DNA of 64,000 nt from an uncultured Candidatus Rokubacteria bacterium. GTDB taxonomy: Bacteria; Methylomirabilota; Methylomirabilia; Rokubacteriales; CSP1-6. Numbering within the stretch: position 1 is the first letter of the stretch; each line of letters begins with the position of its first letter. Of the stretch, positions 1-10,459 are shown piece by piece. Both the position numbers and the translations under genes were made by a program. The stretch spans positions 288,001 to 352,000 of the forward strand of contig CAVWFS010000007.1 in assembly GCA_963754315.1 (NCBI GenBank), in the 5' to 3' direction. The notes below the pieces were generated by a model. That model was not told where the DNA came from. It saw only the letters and a program-made list of their open reading frames with translations, and did not search any database.

Positions 1-134
1 GCACTGGGCTCGGGCTCACGCTCTGTCGCAAGTTCGTCGAGCTACACGGGGGGACCATCTGGGTGAAGAGCGCGGTGGGGCAGGGCTCGACGTTCACCTT
101 CACGTTGCCGGTGAGGCCATGGCCAACGAGCTGA
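1..134 (+). CDS. Sensor histidine kinase, C-terminal HATPase fragment (5' truncated by window edge)
   Basis: Frame 3 reads [43 protein letters not shown], containing the G2 box and the terminal GSTFTFTLP motif. Confidence 0.9.
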   Translation, partial: TGLGLTLCRKFVELHGGTIWVKSAVGQGSTFTFTLPVRPWPTS

Positions 135-508
135 TCCTGATCGTCGAGGACAATGACAAGAACCGTAAGCTCGTGCGCGATGTGCTCACCTACCGTGGAT
201 ACCGTATCGCCGAGGCAGAGACGGGCGAGGACGGTGTGCGGCTGGCGCGGGAACTTCGCCCCGACCTCGTGCTCATGGATATCCAGCTGCCAGGGATGGA
301 CGGCATCGCAGCCCTGCGCGAACTCCGGGCGGACACGACCACCCGCAGCATCCCGGTCATGGCCGTCACCGCCTCCGCCATGACCCACGATCGCCAGAAG
401 ATCATGGCGGCCGGCTTCGACGGCTACCAGAGCAAGCCCATCAGCGTGCGCGAGTTCACCTCCGCGGTGCAGGCCCTGCTCGGACGGGCCGGAGGAGCCT
501 CGACGTGA
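119..508 (+). CDS. Single-domain response regulator (DivK/CheY-like)
   Basis: [20 protein letters not shown] (phosphoacceptor D), AVTA and SKP motifs. Confidence 0.95.
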   Translation: MANELILIVEDNDKNRKLVRDVLTYRGYRIAEAETGEDGVRLARELRPDLVLMDIQLPGMDGIAALRELRADTTTRSIPVMAVTASAMTHDRQKIMAAGFDGYQSKPISVREFTSAVQALLGRAGGAST

Positions 509-1605
509 GTGATCCTGCGCGCCTGCTGGTCGTTGACGACACGCCCGTCAACGTGAAGCTGCTCGCCGACCTCCTCGGAGCCAAGGGCTACGCGGTCGCC
601 ACCGCGGCCTCGGGGCCGGAGGCGCTCGCTCACATCGACAAGGAGCCGCCGGATCTGGTTCTGCTGGACGTGATGATGCCGGGCATGAGCGGGTACGACG
701 TCTGTCGGAAGCTCCGCGAAAACCCCACGACGGCCCTGCTGCCCGTGGTGATGGTGACCGCGCTCGATCCGACCCAGGAACGAGTCAAAGGCATCGAGGC
801 GGGCGCCGACGATTTCCTGACCAAGCCCATCAACCAGGCGGAGTTACTCGCCCGCGTCCGCTCGCTGCTGCGCATCAAGCAGCTGCACGACGAGCTGATG
901 GAGCTCACCCGGTCGCTGGAGCAGCGAGTGCAGGAGCAGGTTGCCCAGCTGGAGCGGCTGGGGCGGCTCAAGCGCTTCTTCTCGCCCCATCTTGCCGAGC
1001 TGATCGTGGCCGGCGGCACCGAGGATCCCCTCCGGACCCATCGCCGTGAAATCACCGTGGTCTTCGTCGACCTCCGTGGCTTCACCGCGTTCGCCGAAAC
1101 GTCGGAGCCAGAGGAAGTGATGGGCATGCTTCGCGAATACCACGAAGCCATGGGCCAGCTGATCCTCGAGCACGAGGGAACTCTTGAGCGATTTACCGGG
1201 GATGGCATGATGATCTTCTTCAACGATCCCCTGCCCGTACCCAATCCTCCCGAGCGGGCGGTGCGCATGGCCCTCGGCATGCGCCACCGCGTGTCCGCCC
1301 TCAGCATGGGTTGGCGCAAACGCGGATGGGAGCTCGGCCTCGGCGTGGGCATCGCCCAGGGGTACGCGACCCTCGGCGCGATCGGCTTCGAGGGGCGCTG
1401 GGATTACGGCGCGATCGGCACCGTGACCAACCTGGCCGCCCGTCTGTGTGGTGAGGCGAAGCCAGGCCAGATCCTCATCTCGCAGCGGCTGGTTGCCACC
1501 ATCGATGGGCTGGTCGAGTGCGAGGCCGTCGGCGAGCTGACCCTCAAGGGGTTTCAGCGCCCCGTCACTGGGTTCAATATTCTCCGGGCAAAGGACGACC
1601 CATGA
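505..1605 (+). CDS. REC domain + class III adenylate/guanylate cyclase
   Basis: N-terminal REC (VVDD, LLDVMMPG, TKP), coiled linker, VFVDLRGFT, RFTGDG, GTVTNLAARL. Confidence 0.95.
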   Translation: MSDPARLLVVDDTPVNVKLLADLLGAKGYAVATAASGPEALAHIDKEPPDLVLLDVMMPGMSGYDVCRKLRENPTTALLPVVMVTALDPTQERVKGIEAGADDFLTKPINQAELLARVRSLLRIKQLHDELMELTRSLEQRVQEQVAQLERLGRLKRFFSPHLAELIVAGGTEDPLRTHRREITVVFVDLRGFTAFAETSEPEEVMGMLREYHEAMGQLILEHEGTLERFTGDGMMIFFNDPLPVPNPPERAVRMALGMRHRVSALSMGWRKRGWELGLGVGIAQGYATLGAIGFEGRWDYGAIGTVTNLAARLCGEAKPGQILISQRLVATIDGLVECEAVGELTLKGFQRPVTGFNILRAKDDP

Positions 1606-2072
1606 CCGCTTCCGCCACCATCGTGATCAGCCAACTCGCCTCCGGGCCGACTCCACCGGCGGTGGCCAACACCACCTGGCCGAACCAGCTCCACACGCGG
1701 ATCGCGGATGTCGTGGGGCAGATGGGCTCGCCTCCCTGGTCCAAGCGACTCATCGCCGACGAGCGTCAGCTGGTAACGTTGATCGCAAGCCCGCCCGGCG
1801 GGGGCAACCGCCCACACTGGCACCGCGAATTCGATGAATGGTGGGTGGTCCTGGCCGGGCATCTCGAATGGGAACTGACGGGTGGAATCGTCGTCCGCGC
1901 GACCAAGGACGACGTGGTGTGGGTCCCGCGCGGTGCCGTACACCACATCCGCAACGTCGGCCACGACCTCTCGCTCCGCTTGGCGGTGGCCATGCCGCCC
2001 GCCATGCATTACTTTAGTTCCTGCGAGCAGTGTGGCTACACTGACGACGGGCCGCGCGAGTGGTGTGCGTGA
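1602..2072 (+). CDS. Cupin domain protein with C-terminal CxxC
   Basis: ATG overlaps the cyclase stop (ATGA); PHWHREFDEWWVVLAG and VPRGAVHHIRN cupin motifs; SSCEQCG. Confidence 0.8.
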   Translation: MTASATIVISQLASGPTPPAVANTTWPNQLHTRIADVVGQMGSPPWSKRLIADERQLVTLIASPPGGGNRPHWHREFDEWWVVLAGHLEWELTGGIVVRATKDDVVWVPRGAVHHIRNVGHDLSLRLAVAMPPAMHYFSSCEQCGYTDDGPREWCA

Positions 2073-2082
2073 GGTTCTTATG

Positions 2083-2165
2083 TTGGGGGGCCCCGACAGG
2101 CCCCCCAAACCCCCCCAGCGCTCGGGGTGGCCCGGGGAACCCGGGTCCACCCCTCGGTCACACGT
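2083..2165. repeat. GC-rich double-hairpin intergenic repeat (REP-like), locus 1
   Basis: TTGGGGGGCC-CCGACA-GGCCCCCCAA followed by GCGCTCGGGGTGGCCCGGG-GAA-CCCGGGTCCACCCCTCGGTCA, between convergent genes. Confidence 0.75.
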
Positions 2166-2181
2166 GGCGGGTGGTGTTTCC

Positions 2182-2685
2182 TTATGCCTGGCGTAGCATG
2201 GTCTGGGCGTCGCTCACTTCGAACTTCCCGGGCTGTTCGACGTTGAGCGCCTTCACGATACCGTCATCGACGAGCATGGAGTACCGCTGAGAGCGGACGC
2301 CCATTCCACGCGACGTGAGATCCATGTCGAGGCCGAGCGCCTTGGTATACGCAGCGCTGCCGTCAGCCATCATCCGCACCTTGCCGTCGCTCTTTTGCTC
2401 CCGCCCCCAGGCCCCCATGACGAAGGCGTCGTTGACGGCGACGCACCAGACCTCGTCCACGTTCTTGGCCTTGAGCTGGCCATGGGCGGCGACGTAGCTC
2501 GGTACGTGCTTGGCCGAGCAGGTCGGCGTGAACGCACCCGGTAGCCCGAAGATGACGACGCGCTTCCCCTTCACCAGATCCTGCACGGGAAAGCTGTTGG
2601 GACCGACCGTGCAGCCTGGACGCTCGGTCTCCACAAATTCCATGAGGGTGCCATCCGGCAACCGATCACCGACCTTGATGGGCAT
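2182..2685 (-). CDS. Peroxiredoxin, Prx5 type
   Basis: MPIKVGDRLP start with AAGGAG SD; GLPGAFTPTCS, VNDAFVMGAWG, RSQRYSMLV. Confidence 0.95.
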   Translation of the reverse strand: MPIKVGDRLPDGTLMEFVETERPGCTVGPNSFPVQDLVKGKRVVIFGLPGAFTPTCSAKHVPSYVAAHGQLKAKNVDEVWCVAVNDAFVMGAWGREQKSDGKVRMMADGSAAYTKALGLDMDLTSRGMGVRSQRYSMLVDDGIVKALNVEQPGKFEVSDAQTMLRQA

Positions 2686-2776
2686 CACAACTCTCCTTTT
2701 CGCCAGTCGTTGTCCGTGAGCCTCAATGGTGGAATCGAAACTTCGGTAGCGTAGCATAGCCGTCGGAATCCCTTCC

Positions 2777-3553
2777 TCAGCGCTCCTTCTTGTCCGCGTA
2801 GCTGATGGCGAGCCCGGCCGCCGCATCGGACTGGATCCCGTAGGGCGGAACCGGGTAGCGCAACCCGTTCCGATGCAGAGCGGCGAGACCCTCGATCACC
2901 TTGGGGAGATACCGCGGTGGAATGGCCATGAGCATCTCGTCATCGGCGACGCCTCCGTACCGGCGCTCGGCATAGCAGGGAATGGTAAGGGCAGGTTCCC
3001 CGGTCCGCAGTGCTTTACCCCAGGAATCTGCGCAGGCAGACTCCCCGACCGAGGTCATGGTGAGCTTGCAGTAGCCGGACCACTGCAGGCCGTTGATGAA
3101 GAAAATCATCTGTCCTGGCGTGCCGTAGATCAGGCACACATCCGGTGGCTCGAGCCGGCCCGACGTCAACGGGGACACGGCCATGGCCTGATAGCGCCCG
3201 TAGGGCACCACGTCCATCGCCTGCTGATGGGCGGCGGCATCCTCGATCGTCTTGAACCACACGCCCGCCATGCGCGAGCCCGAGAGCCACTCCGCGTTCT
3301 GCGGGTGCAAGCCGATGACCGCCCCGCACTGGGCTCCCACCAGATCGGCCATGGTGATGCCCACCGTCCAGCCGAGCTGACGAGCCTGAGCCACGATCTG
3401 ATCGGTCGTGTGTTTGCTGCGGGGTCGGCGGATCTTGGGGATTGCCTCCATCTCGGCCACGGTCTCGAAGAGCTTCATGCCGATGGGGATCGAGCGGAGC
3501 CGCAGATACTGATTCAGGCCATCAACGATGGTGGTCCAGGCATAGGTCTCCAC
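2777..3553 (-). CDS. DUF169 family protein
   Basis: 258 aa; QCGAVIG, GESACAD and PCYAERRYGG motifs typical of DUF169. Confidence 0.75.
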   Translation of the reverse strand: METYAWTTIVDGLNQYLRLRSIPIGMKLFETVAEMEAIPKIRRPRSKHTTDQIVAQARQLGWTVGITMADLVGAQCGAVIGLHPQNAEWLSGSRMAGVWFKTIEDAAAHQQAMDVVPYGRYQAMAVSPLTSGRLEPPDVCLIYGTPGQMIFFINGLQWSGYCKLTMTSVGESACADSWGKALRTGEPALTIPCYAERRYGGVADDEMLMAIPPRYLPKVIEGLAALHRNGLRYPVPPYGIQSDAAAGLAISYADKKER

Positions 3554-3556
3554 GTC

Positions 3557-3949
3557 TCATCCTCCACGCAGACGGTCGATTGCCCGCCGCTCACGCTTGG
3601 TCGGGCGCCCCGTGCCCGGCGCCCGAGAGGCCGGCCGGCCGGCGCGAATCCTGGGCGGCGCCGGGGGCGTCAGATCGTCGTACAGGGTGCGCGCCGCTGT
3701 GGCCGGCCCACGCCGATCGGCGAGGGCGGCGACTCGGACCACCCGGCGACCTCGTTCGACGGTCACCTGCACCGTGTCGCCCGCCCGCAAGAGCCTGGAG
3801 GGCTTGGCGGCTTGGTGATTGACATCGACCTTACCACCGTGGCACGCCGCTGCCGCCAAGGTGCGGGTCTTGAAGAGGCGGGCAGCCCACAGCCACTTGT
3901 CCACCCGCACGACCTCGCCAATCTCGTTCACGGTTGCAGACGGTATCAT
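3557..3949 (-). CDS. hslR: RNA-binding S4 domain protein (heat-shock Hsp15)
   Basis: VRVDKWLWAARLFKTR and GRPTKRERR motifs; exact start uncertain. Confidence 0.9.
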   Translation of the reverse strand: MIPSATVNEIGEVVRVDKWLWAARLFKTRTLAAAACHGGKVDVNHQAAKPSRLLRAGDTVQVTVERGRRVVRVAALADRRGPATAARTLYDDLTPPAPPRIRAGRPASRAPGTGRPTKRERRAIDRLRGG

Positions 3950-3995
3950 AGGGCCGCGGTCGGCCCGGAGGCGGTCGATCGAGGGGAGCCATCGA

Positions 3996-4667
3996 ATGTG
4001 TCATCGAGTCGTGGCGATCGTCCTGGTCCTGGCCGCGCTGAGCACGGCCTGGGCGGCCACCGAGGTTGTGATCGAGGATTGGAAGGAAGAGCCTCTAGGC
4101 TCCACGGGGGTTCCCGCGCAGTGGCGGGCGCAGAGCTGGGGCAAGGCGGACTATCACGGATTCACCATTGCCGACGAGGGCACTCGATCTCTGCACTTGG
4201 TGAGTCGCTCCACAAGCTCCATGATCGTCAAGAACATCACCGGGAAGGTGAATCTCAGGGAGACTCCCGTTCTGCAGTGGAGCTGGAAGGTCGTCACGCT
4301 TCCCAAGGGAGGGGACGCCCGCCAGGCGGCTACCGACGACGAGGGCGGCCAGATCTATGTCGTATGGCGGCGTTTCCCGGAGATGCTTCGCTCGCGCATC
4401 ATTGGCTATGTGTGGGACACGACCGCTCCCGCCGGTGAGTTCATCAAGAGCCAGAAGACGGCAACGGTCACCTACGTTGTCGTACGATCGGGCGAGGCCG
4501 GACTGGGGACGTGGCTCACCCAGCAGCGCAACGTCCTCGAGGACTACCGGAGGATCTACGGTGAGGCTCCCGACAATCCTGACGCGGTGGCGATAGGGAT
4601 CGACTCTGACGACACGAAGTCGAGCGCGGAGGCTTATATGGGCACGATCCTGTTCCGCGCGCCCTGA
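3996..4667 (+). CDS. Exported DUF3047 family protein
   Basis: Signal peptide (AWA); TPVLQWSWKV, IGYVWD, RNVLEDYRRIYGE, IDSDDT. Confidence 0.8.
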   Translation: MCHRVVAIVLVLAALSTAWAATEVVIEDWKEEPLGSTGVPAQWRAQSWGKADYHGFTIADEGTRSLHLVSRSTSSMIVKNITGKVNLRETPVLQWSWKVVTLPKGGDARQAATDDEGGQIYVVWRRFPEMLRSRIIGYVWDTTAPAGEFIKSQKTATVTYVVVRSGEAGLGTWLTQQRNVLEDYRRIYGEAPDNPDAVAIGIDSDDTKSSAEAYMGTILFRAP

Positions 4668-4708
4668 CCGAGAGCGTGAGGAGGGCGACCGTCACGCAGG
4701 GGGCTTTC

Positions 4709-6326
4709 TCACACCGCTAAAGCGTAACCATCGCGGCGGGGATCGGCACCCGCCATGAGGGCGCCCGTCTCCGGATCGCGAGCGATGCCCTGCCCGCCTC
4801 CGACCACCCATGACCAGTCATCGAGCGTGTTGATCTGGTGCCCGCGGCGTCCCAGAGCCTCGCGGATGTCAGACGGCAATGCGCGCTTCGACGTCGACCA
4901 GCCTATCGCGATACGCGCGCACGCGGGGCGCTTCGATGGCCTCCTGGACGTTCAAGTCGAAGTCGAGCACGTTGAGCAGCATCTGCGCCTGCGTCTGGAG
5001 AATGCCGTAGGAGCCAGGTGTCCCCATCGAGAGCGCAAAGCTCCCACTCCTGAACACCTGCGTGGGGGACATCATGGTGCCGGCTTTGCGACCCGGTCGG
5101 AGCAAATTGGGCGAGGCGGGATCCAGGTCCATCCATTTAAGGATGTTATTGAGGACGATCCCGGTCCCCGGCACGGCAAATCCCGAACCGAAGGGAACCC
5201 CGAGCGTCTGGGTGACCGACACGACCGTACCGTGCGCATCCGCGCACGCGAAGTGTGTCGTCTGTTCGTGCATGAAGTTCGCGGGATGGCCCTCGTCGAT
5301 CTGGCCGGCGAGACGCTCGGGATGGTAGCGCTCCCCCTCGCTCACCGCCGCGCGGTCGGTGATCCGGGCACGTTGGGAGGCGGCGTAGGCCTTGGCGAGG
5401 AGTCCGTGGATGGGCACGTTGTCCCGATAGGCATAGGCGAGACGGTCGGCCGAGCTGAGCTTGATCGCTTCGAGGAGGTGGTGGAGGTAGAGCTCCGAAT
5501 TGTGGCCCCAGGCGGCCACGTCGTAGCCTTCGAGGATGTTGAGCGTCTCCAGCATCTGAAAGGCCGAGAAGGGCGGCGGCATGGAAACAACTTCGGCACC
5601 CCGGTAGCTGACCGAAACTGGCTCGCGCCACACGGGCCGAAACGCCTTCAGATCGTCCTCCGTCAACCAGCCTCCCGCCGCCCTCACCGCGCGCGCGATC
5701 AGGAGAGCCACGGGGCCCTGGTAGAAGGCCTCGGCTCCTCCTTCGGCAACCTGGCGCAGGGTGCCCGCCAGATCCTTGTACGTCATGACGGCTCCGGGAC
5801 GCAGGTCCCCCTGGCCGAGATAGAGGCGCTGCGCCTCAGGCGATCGTCCCAGAGTCTCCCTGGCCCTGCTGAGGAACTCGACGCTTCTCCAGGTGAGCGG
5901 AATCCCGTGCTCGGCCAGTTCGATGGCAGGCCCCAGAATCGCCGATCTCGGCATGGAGCCGAAGCGCTCCCACGCGGCCAACCATCCTCCGAGGTTACCG
6001 GGTGTGGCGCAGGACTTCGGGCCTCCCGCCAGATCGGCCTCACGCACCTGGGACGAATCGGACGCCTGAGGAGCGTGGCCGATGAAGTCCAGCACGTGTC
6101 GCTCGCCGTTCCCCCGCGAGATCAGCATCAGCCCGATGCCCCCGATGCCCGACATGAAAGGCTCGACGACGTTGAGGGCCGCGCCGACCGCGACCGCCGC
6201 GTCCACCGCGTTGCCGCCGGCGAGCAGCACCTGAATGCCAGCCATGGAGGCCAGCGGATGCGCTGACGTCGCGACGCCGCGCAGTCCCATCACGACCGGT
6301 CGATAGGCGTTTCGATGAGGTGGCAT
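4709..6326 (-). CDS. ggt: Gamma-glutamyltransferase family protein (frameshift near 4880)
   Basis: GGNAVDAAVA, catalytic QTTHF, GTPGS; after a one-base shift the frame continues LPSDIREALGRRGH...GADPRRDGYALAV* ending at 4709. Confidence 0.9.
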
Positions 6327-6353
6327 GGTCTCCTACCTTAGCACTGGACGGAC

Positions 6354-7268
6354 CTACGACGGCTTCTCGAGGCTGAGGCCACGAACCTTCGGATCGAGGA
6401 GATCGCGGACGGCGTCGCCGAGCAGATTGAGACCGAAGATGGTGGCCATGATGGCGAGACCGGGATAGATCACCAGCCAGGGCGCCTGCTGCAGATAGAG
6501 GCGCCCCTCGGCCAGGATATTGCCCCAGCTCGGCACGTAGGGCGGCACCCCGACGCCCAGGAACGACAGGGCGGCCTCGGTGAGCACAGCGGCCGCAAAG
6601 ATGAAGCTTCCCTGCACGATCACCGGCGACAGGCAATTGGGCAACACGTGACGGAGGACGAGCATGCGGTCCGAGGCGCCGAGGGCCCGCGCCGCCTCCA
6701 CGTACGCCATCTCGCGCACGACGAGGACCGAGCCGCGCACCACCCGCGCCACCCGCGGGGCGTAGACCACGCCGATCGCCAGAATCACGTTCAGCACGCT
6801 GGGGCCGAGGGCGGCCATGAGGGCCACCGCCAGCACAATGGCCGGAAAGGCCATGAGCCCATCCATGAAGCGCATGATCGTGTTGTCGAGGCCGTGGTAG
6901 AACCCGGCGACGAGACCCGACAGCAGTCCGACCACGAAGGCGAACACCATCACCGCGGCGCCGACCCCCAACGACAGGCGGGCTCCGAAAACCACCCGAC
7001 TGAAGACGTCGCGGCCGAGGTCGTCGGTGCCGAACCAGTGCATATCGCCCGGCGCCACCAGCCGGGCCACCACATCGATACGCTGAGGGTCGGAAGCAAT
7101 GAGGGGCGCCAGCGCGCCCACCAGCGCGACGATGAGCATGAGGATCAACCCAATCACCGCGATCTTGCGTCGGGTCAGCACGCGGAGCGCCCGCGCCAGT
7201 TCGCTCTCGCTCGGTCGCGCCACGGCAGCCACGGGAGGCAGGGTGACAGCGCCCGACGCGCCGCTCAT
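6354..7268 (-). CDS. Peptide/nickel ABC transporter permease (DppC/OppC-like)
   Basis: FGTDDLGRDVFSR, YVEAARALGAS (EAA loop), SFLGVG. Confidence 0.95.
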   Translation of the reverse strand: MSGASGAVTLPPVAAVARPSESELARALRVLTRRKIAVIGLILMLIVALVGALAPLIASDPQRIDVVARLVAPGDMHWFGTDDLGRDVFSRVVFGARLSLGVGAAVMVFAFVVGLLSGLVAGFYHGLDNTIMRFMDGLMAFPAIVLAVALMAALGPSVLNVILAIGVVYAPRVARVVRGSVLVVREMAYVEAARALGASDRMLVLRHVLPNCLSPVIVQGSFIFAAAVLTEAALSFLGVGVPPYVPSWGNILAEGRLYLQQAPWLVIYPGLAIMATIFGLNLLGDAVRDLLDPKVRGLSLEKPS

Positions 7269-8209
7269 TGGTAGCGCACGCGGGGATCGATGACGAGATA
7301 CGAGAGATCGATGAGCAGGTTGACCAGCATGTACACGCCGGCCACGCACAGGACGACGCCCTGGATGACCGGGTAGTCACGCCGCAGTACCGCCGAGATG
7401 ATCAGGCGGCCGATTCCGGGGATATTGAAGATCGTCTCGACGACCACCGCTCCCCCGATCAGAATGGCGAAGCTGATTCCGATGATGGTGATGGTCGGGA
7501 TGAGCGCGTTGCGCAAAGCGTGCTTGTAGACAATGGCCCGCTCGGCCAGACCCTTGGACCGGCTGGCGACGATGAAGGGCTGGTACAGCACGTCGAGCAT
7601 GCTGGATCGGGTGATGCGTGCGATGAGGGCGGATTGCACGACACCCAGGGCGACCGCGGGAAGCACGAGGGAGCGGAGCGTCCCGAGCCATCCGTACTCG
7701 AGCGGAGCATAGCCCGCGACCGGAAACCAGCCGAGCTGCACCCCGAACAGGAGGACCATCAGGAGGGCAAGCAGAAAGTTCGGAACGGAGATGCCCACCA
7801 AGGCCAGGGCCATACAGGCCTGGTCGGGTACCCCGTTGCGATAGCGGGCGGCGATGATGCCGGCCGGGACTCCCAACATCACGGCGATCACGGTGGCGAA
7901 GGCGGTGAGGAGCAGGGTGGGCTCCGCGCGGTCCAGGATTGCCTCGCTCACCGGCTTGCGCAGAAAGATCGACTGACCGAGGTCGCCCTGGAGCAGGCGA
8001 AGATAGAAGCGGCCAAGCTGGATATGCAGGGGCGCGTCCAGCCCGAGCTGACGGGCAATCTTCTGGACATCCTCGGCCGAGGCGTCGGGCCCTGCGATGA
8101 CCGAGGCGGGATCGCCCGGGGCCAGGTGGATCAGCACGAAGGCGACCGTCGCCACCACCAGCGCCACCGGAAGGAGGGCGAGCAGGCGACGGGCGACGTA
8201 GGTGTGCAC
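7265..8209 (-). CDS. Peptide ABC transporter permease (DppB/OppB-like)
   Basis: PGDPA, GDLGQS, SRSKGL, RDYPVIQG, DPRVRY. Confidence 0.95.
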   Translation of the reverse strand: MHTYVARRLLALLPVALVVATVAFVLIHLAPGDPASVIAGPDASAEDVQKIARQLGLDAPLHIQLGRFYLRLLQGDLGQSIFLRKPVSEAILDRAEPTLLLTAFATVIAVMLGVPAGIIAARYRNGVPDQACMALALVGISVPNFLLALLMVLLFGVQLGWFPVAGYAPLEYGWLGTLRSLVLPAVALGVVQSALIARITRSSMLDVLYQPFIVASRSKGLAERAIVYKHALRNALIPTITIIGISFAILIGGAVVVETIFNIPGIGRLIISAVLRRDYPVIQGVVLCVAGVYMLVNLLIDLSYLVIDPRVRYQ

Positions 8210-8219
8210 GGCGGAGTGC

Positions 8220-9775
8220 CTACTTATCCAGCCACACGTTCCAGAGGGCGAGCTCGTTGACGGCGAGCAGCCCTTTGACGTCCTTCCGGTTCACCACGAG
8301 CGAGAAGTAGTCGCCGAACTTGATGCGGCCGACGTCCTCGTAGAACAGGGTTTGCACCTTCTCCCACATGGCCCGCCGCAGCCGGGGATCGGCCTCGCGC
8401 CGAATCGCTTCCATCCACCGGTCCTTGTCGGGAAGACACCACCAGCCGGGCCAGTTGCAATCGACCGCAGTGTTGAAAGCAGGATCGGGATTGAAGGTGA
8501 AACCGGTCGAGAAGATGTCGAACAGCTCCGCCTTGTTGCGTCGCTGAACGAGCGTGGCCCAGTCCACGACCTGAAGGTCCACCTTCATCCCCACCGCCTC
8601 CAGTTGCTGCTTGGCCACCAGGGCGTTCTTGTACATCCACTCGTATTCTTTGGTCGTGATCCACCGGATGGGGGTTTCGCGGTAGCCGGCCTCCTGCAAG
8701 AGCTTCTGCGCGCGTGCGCGATTCTTCTGGTTGTACAGCTCGCCGCTGACCTTTGAGTACCAGGCCGGTTGTTCGGGGAACATCAACGCCGGGTCGATCC
8801 GGTAGAAATCCTTGTGACCGAAGCCGGCGGCCATGATGGGTTCCATGTCGAGCGCCGCTTGCACCGCCTGGCGCAGGCGCTTGTCCGTGAAGAGGCCCTG
8901 CTTGTGGTTGAGGACGGCCGTCGACCACGCTGACGGCTTGATGACCTGGGCGACCACCCCCGGCATCGTCTTGATGCGCTCGTACTGGTCCTGCTTGATC
9001 TGCTGGCCATGGTGATACTCGCCGGTCTCCACCCCGGCGAGGCGTACCGACACCTCGGGCACCGGGATGAACAGGATCTCGTCCAGAAGGGCCACCGTTT
9101 GCCGCCAAAAAAGTCGGCCGGCTCGGGGCGAGCACTGTAGTCCTTGAAGCGGGCGAGCTTGAGGTGACGGTCGGGCTTGTGCTCGACGAAGCGATAGGGG
9201 CCGGTGCCGATGTAGTCCTTGACGGGTCCCTCACCGGCCGCCTCGACGACCTCTTTCGGGTAGATCGCCGCCGCATTGTTCGGATGGGCGAGGCCTACGA
9301 GCAGGGCTGGCATCGGCTCCTTCAGGTAGATGACGACGGTGTACGGATCCTTCGACTCGATCCCCTCCAGGTCCTTCGACACGGCTTTGCCACGACCGGC
9401 CAGCTTGCCCCAATGCTTGAGGGACGCCACGACGTCTGCGGCCGTCATCTCCTTGCCGTTGTGGAACTTCACCCCACGCCGGAGCTTGAACGTGTATGTC
9501 CGTCCCCCGTCGCCGACGGTGTGCCCCTCGGCCAGCATCGGGATGGGCTGGTATCCCTTGTCGTAGGTGTAGAGCGTCTCGTAGATGTGCCAGGTAATCT
9601 GCTGGGTGATCACCGCCGTGGTGGTGTGCAGATCGAGGGACGGCGGCTCACCGATCATGGCCGCCTTGAACACCCCACCCGTCTTGGGCGCGGTCTGAGC
9701 CAGACTGTGGTGCGCAACGACGAGGGCGAGGGGTACACCGATCAGAACGCTGCCGAGCGTGCGCAGGGCTTTCAT
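8220..9775 (-). CDS. Peptide ABC transporter substrate-binding protein (DppA-like; frameshift near 9096)
   Basis: Signal peptide; LRRGVKFHNG and GTGPYRF in ORF 8783-9799 join ALLDEILFIPV... in ORF 8220-9095. Confidence 0.9.
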
Positions 9776-9819
9776 GAGTGCTCCTTCTCGCCCCTGCACA
9801 GACGGCGAGGGGCCTGCAT

Positions 9820-9855
9820 CATCGGTGTCTTGACACGATGCGGCGAATTATAGCA
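9820..9855 (-). promoter_or_regulatory. Putative extended -10 promoter (TGcTATAAT) and downstream inverted repeat for the dppA operon
   Basis: Minus-strand TGCTATAAT at 9847-9855; plus-strand CATCGGTGTC-TT-GACACGATG inverted repeat at 9820-9840. Confidence 0.5.
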
Positions 9856-10459
9856 TCGGCCGCTCGTTGAGATGCCGCAGCTGCCATGGGCTCGGCCCTT
9901 CGAGAAGTGAGAAGGCGCCATAGTCCTGTCCGAAGCCAAGCAGGCGTGCCATGGGCATCCCGAGAACATGGCAGAGGAGGGCGCGATTGGTCCCGCCATG
10001 AGCGACCACCGCGATCGCCCGACCGGCGTAGCCGTCGACGAGCGACGCGAAAGCCGGCCACGCGCGCGCCAGGAGATCGGGTACGCTCTCACCTTCCGGA
10101 AACGGAAATTCTCCCACGCGGGCCATCCATTCGGCGAAGGCGGCCGGCTCGCGCGCCTGGATCTCGGCGGCGGTGAGCCCGTCCCACCGGCCCATCGACA
10201 TCTCCCGCAAAGCAGGAACCTCGACGGGCACGAGGCCGTGCGGAGCAGCGATGATCTCGGCGCTGCGTCGCGCGCGTACGAGGTCGCTTGAAAATACGGC
10301 AGCGAGCGCGACCCTCCGCAGGGTCCTCGCCTGCTCAAGACATTGCCGCTCGCCGCGCAGGGAGAGCGGGACGTCCATGTGCCCGATGAAGCGCCGTGTC
10401 TCCGCCTGAACGACCTCGCCGTGGCGGATGAGAAAGATCAGCGTTGGAGAGAGACCCAT
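9848..10459 (-). CDS. cobC: Histidine phosphatase, probable alpha-ribazole phosphatase
   Basis: LIRHGE, FSSDL, VAHGG motifs; directly downstream of cobS. Confidence 0.8.
   Translation of the reverse strand: MGLSPTLIFLIRHGEVVQAETRRFIGHMDVPLSLRGERQCLEQARTLRRVALAAVFSSDLVRARRSAEIIAAPHGLVPVEVPALREMSMGRWDGLTAAEIQAREPAAFAEWMARVGEFPFPEGESVPDLLARAWPAFASLVDGYAGRAIAVVAHGGTNRALLCHVLGMPMARLLGFGQDYGAFSLLEGPSPWQLRHLNERPML

Noticed and set aside
2873..4438. Long alternative-frame ORFs (also 4755-6266, 56685-58655, 58567-59886, 60873-62720 and others)
   Set aside because: They overlap well-supported genes on the other strand or frame, carry no recognisable motifs, and are expected in high-GC DNA.
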